Shown: piece by piece, positions 12,602-31,000 of the stretch
How the letters are laid out: each line of letters opens with the position of its first letter
Position numbering within the stretch: position 1 is the first letter of the stretch
From: Eledone cirrhosa
Taxonomy: Eukaryota
Direction: 5' to 3'
NCBI GenBank assembly: GCA_964016885.1
Contig: OZ024751.1
Coordinates: 51,894,001-51,958,000, forward strand
Length of the DNA: 64,000 nt
The notes under the pieces: generated by a model
What the model saw: only the letters and a program-made list of their open reading frames with translations
Told to the model about the DNA's origin: nothing
The model's database searches: none
Position numbers and translations under genes: made by a program

Positions 12602-14043
12602 ATTAGCGTGTTAATTCAGTTAAGCGATTTTCTGTTGCTTTGGTAACCACAAGGTGTTCGTATAATATTTTCGCTATACAGAGTTATCGTTCTTTATTCT
12701 CATCGACACAGAGAGCTTTGGTTGCTATTTCTAGCAGGTTGAACTCTTATAGAAACTTTTTTATATGTATATATAGAAAAAAAATCGAAAAGCATGTAAT
12801 ACTTATAGACAAACACAACCTGACAACATATATTATACGCAATGAATATTTAAGACTTTATGCAGTTGTATAAAAAGAAGTAATACAATGCCTACAGAAC
12901 GAAATCACAAACAAATTACATGTATGTGACAAAACAGTGTATAATGACATAAAAATATAAAATCATGAACAAAAATGATAAAGGAAAGAAAGAAGAATTA
13001 AACGAGATATTTTCGTTTTCTTATTTCGAGCTTTAACACCAAAGATTCTTCGTTGATTGAGTATAAATATAGCTATTTATTATATTGTTGACACGGAGCG
13101 TCAAACATGTTTAGTGATATTTGTTATTGACTCTTTACGATCTGAGTTAAAATCCCGCCTAGACGAACTTTGCCTTCCAGAATTCGATAAAATAAAGCAC
13201 TGGAGTCGATTTTTCCTCAATCCTAAATTAGCAATCTATGTAATGTTTAGATATTGAATGATGGTCGAAAAAAAATGTTTTTATTCTTGCCCTCAATAAG
13301 ATAACCTCGTTTCAGGAGTTCATTTATTTAAGGCTCAAGTATTTGGATTACGAGAACAGGTCGCTAGTCAAAGTTACCAAACTACTATTCAGCTACCGCA
13401 GTCGATGTGTATCAGCTACTATCATATCCACTTTCAACTAATTTTAGACAATCAATAAGAACGCAAATTGATGACAAGGTTGTTTTGTATGTTTTCGTTT
13501 ACAAACAGGGAAAGACATTTATAATATTCGACAAAGTTATTTTATTATTGCTATTTCATACAGATATCACATGCTTTTATAAAACTGTTTTCTTGCTAGA
13601 AATCGTTGCCTGCATTACTTAAGCAACATTACTGCTTAGTTGATCTTCTAAAGACAAACTAATTTTTCACTCTATAATCCTCTGCATATATGATTTTTTC
13701 GGAAGATTAGTTGCTGCACAAAACTAATTTTCCTAATTACAATTCATTCTAACCACCCCTCACCACACTTTCACTTCCACACACTTTTCTCTCTCTCTTT
13801 CTCTCACACGGAACCATCCTGCATATACAACTACTATTCTGTAAGAAAGATAACTTTAAAAGCATAAGAGAAGTTTCCTTAGCAGAGCGAAAACTAAATG
13901 CAACTTTTATTTGTCATATCTAGAACTATATCAATGAGGCGAAAGCTTGCTGCTAAATAAATGCTTTTGGAGAAAAACACAATTGGATGACAAGGTTAAC
14001 TATTCTAGAAGCTATCATTTCAGTTAATTTCTAACTATTCATA
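12602..14043. promoter_or_regulatory. Divergent promoter region between DNAAF4 and the TM6SF-like gene
   Basis: The two ATGs are 1.44 kb apart, head-to-head. CpG dinucleotides are visibly more frequent here than in the flanking introns. Confidence 0.6.
12634..12647. promoter_or_regulatory. Candidate RFX X-box
   Basis: GTTGCTTTGGTAAC fits the imperfect palindrome GTYNCY-N2-RGNAAC. It lies 33 bp upstream of the ATG of a motile-cilia gene. Confidence 0.65.
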
Positions 14044-21823
<7,780 letters not shown>

Positions 21824-22367
21824 TACTGAAGGTAAAGCTAAAAGTGTCAATCCATGACATTCCAGTTTCAATACAAATTTTATGTTGTTATTTTGTATAC
21901 AACATTTATTTTTTGATGTTTTTCTTGGTACTGCAGGATGCAATGTTGTTTTTTCATTTGCATTAAAATTTGTTTTTATTTTAAGACAGAAACCCTAATT
22001 TAGAATCCAAAGAGAAAAAATTCACAAAATACTGCTTCACCATTTTGTGACAATATCTATCTATCTGTGCTGACTATCTGAGTGCTTGTCTATCTTTACA
22101 GAGGCCCTCGAATTCTGGGCTCTCCTAAACTATCCACTCCAGTATCTTATCCATGTAATTTCTTTTCTTTCTACCTCTGTTTGTGTATCTATTTGATAGT
22201 TCCTACAGAACAAGATTACTTTCTATCTCCTCATATTGTCGAACACAATGACTCGAGTTTCAGTTTCACATCTTTACTCCAAATTCGATAGTATTATTAA
22301 TGAAAAACACTCTATTTCAATTAATTAATGAAGGATTTTGAGAGATTTATTAAAATTATTCATTATT

Positions 22368-22830
22368 AAGCCGAGGTTGACTTTGCCTTTCATCCTTACG
22401 GGGTCGATAAAATAAAGTACCAGTAATGCACTGGGTATTTGCTGGCCTTGTGCCTAAAGTAGAAACAATTATTAAGTAACTTAACATAAGATTCTTATAT
22501 TAAATTATGTTGGAAGATAATCTAAATGAGAATCCTTTAAAATGAGTGATTTTGTTTCAAAGAACCAGAGCTGGTTTTGGCTGAGTTGGTATTAAAAGTG
22601 TTAAGATCCTACAAATTCATAATTGTGGCAGTGTCGTTAGAGTGTGACACCCTGCTTCGCGACATAGAATTACGGTCCTTTACATTCTGATTTCAAATTC
22701 TGCCGAGGTTAGCTTGGCATTTCATCCTCACAGGATCAATAAAATAAAACACCAGTAACCTACTGGGGTCGATTTAATCAACTTTCACCTCCCTCCAAAA
22801 AATGTCTGCCTAAATTAAAAACCATTATTA
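22368..22830 (+). mobile_element. Two SINE copies (22368-22474 and 22625-22830)
   Basis: Family core and tail. Confidence 0.75.
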
Positions 22831-23489
22831 TAATTTTTTTTTGTTACGTTTTGTTATTTATATATTTCAAGGTGAGTTTCATGGTTTCTGAGGCTTAAAC
22901 AATGCTTAACTATCACTAAAATATTTAATTAAGATTTCTAACCCTTGATAGTAATATCCTTTCTATATGCTGCATATCAAATAACTTCTTATTCTTATAT
23001 CGAGGAATTTCCAAGAACATTCCTTTAGCAGAAAAAAATGGATGTTAAAGAAGGATTACTATGATGAGAAATTGCTTCATCTTTTTCTTATATCAGCAAC
23101 CAGTGACTTTATTTTTAGCCCTTTTGTTATATATGAAATATATATTTGTTGCTTGTAATGAATGCTAGTTTTTCATTAGAAATATTTTTTTAAAAATAGT
23201 TTCATAAGTAAATATATGTTTGAATCCATGTAAAATTTTGAGCTTTGAAAGTTTCACTTAAAATGGTCCCATATCTATTTCCTTGTGATATATAGGATAT
23301 GGCATCCTTTATTTCTCTCAGACACATCTCAACCTGTATTGGATTGAGGTATTTCAATCTCCTATTTCTTCTGTGAAAACATCTGTATTAGTTTTTCTGG
23401 TGTTGCTGACTTCTTTTTCACTCTAAGCCAAACTATATCGTTTTTGTATTTCTTAATCTACTCACTTTTTCTTTTAAAGGACTTTTGTG

Positions 23490-23730
23490 TCCAACCACCT
23501 GTTACTTTTTGTTGCTGTGTTACTGTTGTTTGTGGCTTTGGAGTTGTTAGTTTTTATTGTTGTAGTTGTGATTCTGCTATATTCTGTAGCCATTGTGGCT
23601 TTGTTGTTGCTGTCATCATTGTTATTCTTATTCTTTTTCCACTTTTTGTTGTTGTTATTGCTGCTGTTTTTCTCCTTGTCCTGGCTGCCTTCTGAAGCAA
23701 CTCTGATAACAATCACTGATGATAATAATA
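23490..23730. repeat. Degenerate (GTT)n low-complexity tract
   Basis: Run of gtt/gct/att triplets; it explains the spurious ORFs here. Confidence 0.8.
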
Positions 23731-24411
23731 ATATATATTCATAAACAATTTCAGTTATTTTAAATACTGAAATATTCTCTATTTTCAATGTCGCTCCAGC
23801 TTGGCCTTCAGCATTTACCTAAACATTTGCAATGTTTTTAAAAACATTATATACTTTATGTACATATATACTTTATATATACATATATATTCAAATTCTG
23901 CCTCCTGCCAATTGTGATCAGCAGATACTATCATCGGTACAAAGATCAGTGGAAACATTGTATCCTTGGTCTCATCTGATGATTGGTTTCTTTGCTTTTT
24001 GCTATAAAATTATATATTTATTTCATTACTAATACTATGGTGGTATTTATAAAATAACTTATGAAAGGTTTGTCAAATTGTTGGATAATTTTAATTTAAA
24101 CAGCTCTTAAAAAATGGGTAGTTTTGTTTCAGAAAAGCAGGATTCTATCAAAATGGTTGACTTGAAAAAAACTCTCATCTCTATAAAAGTGGTTCATAAA
24201 TGATTGTGTGGAACTCAGTCAACACTTTTTTTTCCCCAAAAAAATTTTCTAAAACTTACACAGATTTTCTACACCTTTTTATACAATCAATGGCATTTGC
24301 TGACAACTATTTCATTCTGAAAATCTGCTGCAACACACTGCTGGAACTTATTACTAATGAATATTATATATTCTGTTTTTTTTATCCCTTTATTCTTCTG
24401 ACATGATAAAA

Positions 24412-24726
24412 CACACCCAGTCCACCCTGTAAGGTGATCGTGCTGGTACCATGATACAAAGAACTCAGTCCATCCTGTAAGATAGTCATGCTGGTGCCAT
24501 GATACAAAGAACTCAGTCCACCCTATATGATAGTCATGCTGGTGCCATGACCCAAAGCACTCGGTCCACCCTGTAAGATTGTCATACTGGTGTCATGACC
24601 TAAAGCACCCAGTACACCCTATAAGGTGGTCGAACTGGTTGCCATGACATAAAGCACCCAATCCATTCTGTAAGGTGGTCATGCTGGTGCCACAACAAAA
24701 AGTACTCAATATACACTGTAAAGTGG
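24412..24726. repeat. About 48-bp minisatellite, about 6.5 copies
   Basis: Unit actcagtccaccctgtaagatagtcatgctggtgccatgatacaaaga, similar to the dispersed-repeat segment at 60206-60250. Confidence 0.9.
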
Positions 24727-25309
24727 CTGACATTAAGAAGAATATTTAGCCACCATGAAAACCAAGCCAATAACGAAACATAAAGCAAGTCATGGCCATT
24801 TAACTTGTATCTGTATACCACACCCTTTCATTTCATTAAGAAATATCTTATTATTATTCAGCTCTTTTGAGTATTTCCATTTCATCCCCACCTCCCTAAA
24901 GCCTCATCAGGCCTATGCTTATCCATTTCATTGGCAGGACACCAGACCATTGCAGCATTAACCCCCAGATACTGCTGGTACTGGAGCAAGTATTTTGCTA
25001 AAGATCACCTAGTCCAGGAATCGAACACATAAATGATAATATCCGATACCCTGACCATGCACTTACATAGTTCCATTTCATCTACATATTTCTATTGTAA
25101 ATAGTGCTAGATGTTATCAATAACAATTTAAGGCACAGAATGAACAGTCTGGCTAACTGGGCTTGAACCACACACAATCAAATATGTATCTGATCGGAAT
25201 CCCTTTTATGTGGTAAGGGGTTCTGTTCTAATTTTCAATTTTACAAAAGACTGCTGCTTGCTATCCCCTCTTCCAAAATTAGACTATGTGCTTTTATTAC
25301 TATTATTTG

Positions 25310-25533
25310 AAGGCAGTGGGTTGACAACATCGATAGAATTTTAGACATGCTATGCAACATATTATTACTGTTCTTTATGTTCTGAATTCAAATCCCGCCA
25401 AAATTAGATTTGCCTTTGATCCTTTTAGGTCGATAAAATAAAGTACCAGTCATGCACTAGGGTTCGATTTAATTGACTTTCTCCTTCCCTTCAAATTGCT
25501 GGCCTTGTGCCAAAAGTCAAAACAATTATTATT
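25310..25533 (+). mobile_element. tRNA-derived SINE
   Basis: Diverged head, core and tail. Confidence 0.75.
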
Positions 25534-25820
25534 CTACTATTTTAAGTAGAGCATTTTATCCACATGTATCTCGCACAATTACAGCTCATCAGCCACTGAT
25601 GCACCAAAGTTAAGCTATTCTGCTTATAACTAACATGGCAAGGTGTTCCATCTAGGTGTCATTTTTACAAGAATTAACTTCATGAATTATTAAATTACAA
25701 ATGAATGTCACTTTTTCAATTTATATCTTTTTTTTTCTGTAAAATAGAAATAAAACTGCTTTGATATATATTGTTATTGTTTGTTTTAATAAACTTTGCA
25801 AAAATGGTGGTGATGTTTCT

Positions 25821-25998
25821 TTAACCCTTTAGCATTTAAACCGGCTGTATCCAGCCAGAATTTTCTCACCTCTTTCTGTTCAAACTGGCCATAACCAGTC
25901 ACTCATACTGATGTTAAGGTATTGTTCTAAAATAAATAACATTAAAATATCAAAAATACAATAGTATATATACAGTAATGTAAATGCTAAAGGCTTAA
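25821..25998. mobile_element. piggyBac-like MITE
   Basis: ttaaccctttagcattta ... taaatgctaaaggcttaa. Confidence 0.6.
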
Positions 25999-27019
25999 GC
26001 ATCTCAGCTGCTATTTATAATGAACCAGCTTTCTTTATATCTTTAATTACTGCTGTCAACTTTATTGGAAGGTTTAAATATACAGCTTAGTATTGTAGAA
26101 CCAGAGATAGTTTGATATCAAAAGGATTAATATAAACAGCTTAGTATCATAGAACCAGAGGTGGTTTCAAGCAGTTTGATATAAAAACAGCTTAGTATCA
26201 CAGAACCAGAGGCAGTTTCAAGCAGTTTGATATAAAATAGCTTTGTATTGGAGAACAGGCAGCAGTTTCGGACAGTTTGGAATGAAATGAACTGAGAAAA
26301 AGTAATAAAGAATAATAAATATACAGTTTAATTTGTAGAACAGTTTATTAATTCCACTGTAATGAAGTGTTTTTCTACCACAGTACAGTACAGTACACTG
26401 TTATCAAGAGACACTGGTGAGGTGATAGACTCACAATTACGGTACATATAGTATATGAGTGTGTAGAGTAGTTGTAATAATGTACCTGGATTATATATGC
26501 ATATATACAGTATGTCTATGTTTCCATGTATGTGTGTACACATATTTATATTGAAAAATATATATACATATGTATACACACACACACATACAAATTATAT
26601 ATTTATGGATGTATGTTTATATACGCACACACAAATACATGTAGATATAAATATACTTGCGTGATTGTATGCGCATGCATGTATATATATGTACCAGTGC
26701 ATGTGGGTGTGCGCATATTTATATATATATAATGTATGTATATACACACACACACATTTACATACATCACACAGACAGGCATGCTAAAAACTGGTAAATG
26801 TAGCAATTATGTGTCATTTTTTTCTTCTATTATATATATGTGTGTATGAATTATTTTTTATGGAAACAGACCAGAAGGAGATTGTCTAAGAATAATGGAT
26901 TAATGATTGACAAATGAATTCTTCATTTTAAGACAAACTTGCCTGCCCACAACCTCCCTTCTTCATTGTTTCTTTGATAGCTGTTTTTTTTTATGTTGAT
27001 GTTGTTGAAATCGGTATTT

Positions 27020-27669
27020 TCAGATACAATGGCCCCTTTTTCGTGTCCCGTAACAAGTGTAAGCCTGGTCACTATATCCATTTGTGCTTTTCTTGCGACT
27101 GTATGGGTATTGAGGCAGGAACTTCGATAAGAGATTCATGAATTGTTTTTCCAGTTGAACCATGCATCGGTAAACTTCACTGTTGACCTGTAATGATTAG
27201 AAAGATGGAGAAGGATTTAGAAACAAGTTACCATCATTACTAAATGTTTCTTATACCCCTCCTCTTTTACTGGTTTCAGAGGCTATGCTGAGGCACCACC
27301 TTAGCCCTTATACTATACATGCACCTTTGATGAGTTGTAATGCACTTGAACACTGTACACAATAATTTCATTATATATATAATAATTGTTTCTACTTTAG
27401 GCACAAGGCCAGCAATTACCCAGTGCATTACTGGTACTTTATTTTATCGACCCCGCAAGGATGAAAGAATAATAATAGTACGGTGGATTGGCAGTATCAG
27501 TAGAGGGTCAGACGCCATGCTTTGCAGCAAAGAGTTACGGCCCTTTATGGTCTGAGTTCAATTCCCGCCGAGGTTAACTTTGACTTTCATCCTGACGGGG
27601 TTGATAAAATAAAGTACCAGTAATACACTAGGACAATTGCTGGCCTTGTGCCAAAAGTAGAAACAATTA

Positions 27670-27701
<32 letters not shown>

Positions 27702-28046
27702 ATTGGAAAAAATATATAAAAGGAAAAAAAACAAAACAAATCACTACGTCCCTTAAGGATCGCAGTAAGTACTCCACAAAACATATAAACAACAATATAC
27801 ACACAGATTTATATACAGATACATACCATATGCATATACACACACGTGAAAAGAAACCACACTATTGCGTGTGAGACACTATACCGGCCAATTTTACCAA
27901 TTTACATTGGTAAAATATTTCTTAACATTGACCTCGCTTCTAACCCACATACACCTTTTAATTATATATATATACTAGCAGCTGAAAGTTAATAATTTGA
28001 AAAAAAAATATTATTGAAAGTTTACTATAAAGAAGCAGTATCAGGG

Positions 28047-28086
<40 letters not shown>

Positions 28087-31000
28087 GTTATTCGCTGTTA
28101 ATAAACAACTGCCTTCTACAGTACGTTTCATTTAACTTTCGCAGCATATTTATTTGTTTACATGCACAGACTCTTCTACACACACACAACATTTAGGAAA
28201 ACGGAAACAAAATACACAAAAAAAACAGACATTTTATTTCTATCGTAATCAAGTGCGCTAAACCTATATTGTTTACATTCTGTGTTTTTCTACGGATGGG
28301 TAGAAATAACAAAATTGCCATGGTGATGTCCATCGATGAAATTTGCGACAAAACTGGTCGATGTCCAAAAATAGAACATTGCCCGGAAGATCACACCTGC
28401 CATATCTGTACGGAACCGGAAAACTCGTTCCGTAATCGCTGGGTCGAATGTGGAACCTGTCGCATCTCTGTCTGCCTTCAATGCGCCACAGGCTTCCGGA
28501 AGATCCCAGGCCAAAATAAGAAACATCACATTGCTACGATGGATAGACTCTGGGAGATGGTCCAGCTAACAAACTGGTCCTTTCAGTGCCTGGGCTGTAT
28601 GCCTGCTTCTCCCATTACTGCGGAACAACAACAAAGACCGAAGATCGTGTCTTCTACCATTGTTCCTGAACAACAACAACAAAAACCGAGGATCGTGTCT
28701 TCCTCTACCATTGTCGCTGAACAACAGCAAAAACCAACGACCGTAGCTTCTGCTACTACCCCCGTTGAAGGACTTCATCAACAACAGCAACCCATGTCTT
28801 CCTCACCCGTTACTTTTCAACAACAACAACCGACGACTGTGTCTTCTACCATTCCTGTTGAAGGAGAAGAACAACAACAAAAACCGACCGTCAATACGGA
28901 GTTTGAGGAAATACGGCAAATGATTTCCGCTTTAAGTCAAGAAATAGCGGAAATAAAATCAAGCGTTCGTGTAGAACCCCACAATGAGGGATCTTACCGG
29001 AGTGCCTTGTTAAAAAATCTCCGCGTACCTCATGTTGAACCTAGACGCATTGAGAATGCCACTGAAACTGCAAACCACGAAGTGATTGCCATCGGTGTGC
29101 CGGAAGACATAGTTGATCTTCAGGCATTTGCTACCAGTTCATCCAAAGACCTGGGCTGTGCTCCCGCAAAGGGTGCTCTACGCCTTGGCCGACCAGGCCC
29201 GAAACCCAGGTTAATTAGACTGTCGTTTTCAAACTCGGCTGAGGCACGTTCATACCTTGTAGCCTCTGATAAAGCTAGGCGTGAAAGTCGGATTGCTTTC
29301 CGAACACGTCCTGGTCTTCCACCTGATGTCCGCCCAAAGTTGCGTGCTGCAGCTTCCCTAAACCGCAGCTCGGCAGAACATGAAAGCTTCAGCCTACGAG
29401 ATGATGGGCAGATATGGAGGTTTGTTAAGGCTGGCGAATCATGGAAAAGAGACACCAGCTGGTCTGAAAACAGTGTACCCACAACAACTGACAATAAAGA
29501 AACTGAAAAAACTCTGGGAAACTAAATCAGAACAACCTGCCATCCCCTGCACATAATCATAGACTGGAATCAAAGTACAAACTGTTGTCCTTGAATGCAC
29601 GTAGTCTATGCAATAAGATTCATCTTTTTGACTCCTACGTCAAAAGTATCAACCCGGACTTCATTACAGTCACGGAAACTTGGGCACATCCCTTACTCTG
29701 TGATGGGGTTTTCAGCATGACTGGCTACAACCTGTTTCGTAAAGACCGTATTAATCGTGGTGGTGGTGGTGTAATGGTCTACGTTCGGTCAAATCTGTCG
29801 GCAATTCCTTGTGCTGATTTGAACCAATCACAGCAGGAAGTTTTTTTCTGCGATATACGTATGACCATGTCAACACTGCTACTTGGAGTCGTTTACCGTC
29901 CCCCAAATTACCATCAGGACACTCAACTTTGTGATATCCTCAGAGCTGCTGCCAGGAAGACAGCCACTTATGTTTTCATTGCAGGTGACTTCAATCACCC
30001 TGAGATTGACTGGGAGACCTTTCGTTGGCCGCCAAGTGCAAATGACTTCCTTGAGCTGGTGCTGGACTCGAGTTGGTCCCAGGTGGTCACCTCCCCAACG
30101 AGAGGTGACAACACTTTGGACCTACTCTTCACCACTACTCCTGAAACGGTCATTAGTGTTACTGCTGAGGAACCTTTAGGTGACTCTGATCATGCTATGA
30201 TCATTGCCAATCTATCCCTCATGGGCAGTAACAAGAACCACAACCATCTCCAAACTGCTCACTTTGACTGGAATAGAGCAGACTGGAACTGTTACTGCAC
30301 CGAGTTGCAACGGCCAAACTGGCTTGAGTTCTATGACTCTGGAGATGTCAACACTGTACTCCAGAACATCCTGAGCTCAATATGGACAGCATGTGCAGCA
30401 TCGGTGCCACGTAAGCGGAAAAAACATCCTAAAAGCGCAATTTGGGAGACTGCAGCAGTCCGTCTTGCCAGAAAAGAACGGCGCAATGCTGAACGTGAGT
30501 ACAAACTTCACAAATCAGACATTAATAGGAAGAGGCGAAATAGATCGTCCAACCACCTCAAACAGGTGACAAAAAAGGCAGTGCTTCAATTTGAGCAGCG
30601 CATAGCAACCAGCCCTGACAGTAAGGTGTTCTGGAAGTATGTTCACTCAAAGCAGAGGCCTCACTCTCCAGTTGGTCCTCTTCGCAATCCCCACACAAGC
30701 CAGGTTACTGACGACCCCAAGGAATGCGCAGAGCTCATTGCTGAATGCTATGCAGGCATTTTCACCATTGAAGACCAGAGTGTACCATCTCCACCACCTA
30801 TGACACCGGACTCTATTACAACCATGGAATTTACACCTGCAATGCTGCGACGTCACCTAAAAAATAAACGCAACCATGCCTCTCCTGGTCTTGATGGTGT
30901 TACGTACCTGCTTCTTAAACGTGGTGGGTACTTCCTTCTACGCCAGTTATCACGCTTCTTCCAATTCTGTCTGAACAACAGTGCTACTCCAGAACAGTGG

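Noticed and set aside
12721-12740. Second X-box-like site gttgctatttctagcagg
   Set aside because: It matches the reverse complement of a dispersed repeat motif (ctgctagaaatagcagcc) and lacks the RGNAAC half-site.
23444-23788. Hydrophobic and Asn/Thr-rich ORFs
   Set aside because: They arise from a degenerate (GTT)n tract.
29585-29587. TTG start assigned to ORF2 by the ORF track
   Set aside because: This is a bacterial-style start call. The frame is open further upstream, and the conserved KLLSLN strand begins before it.
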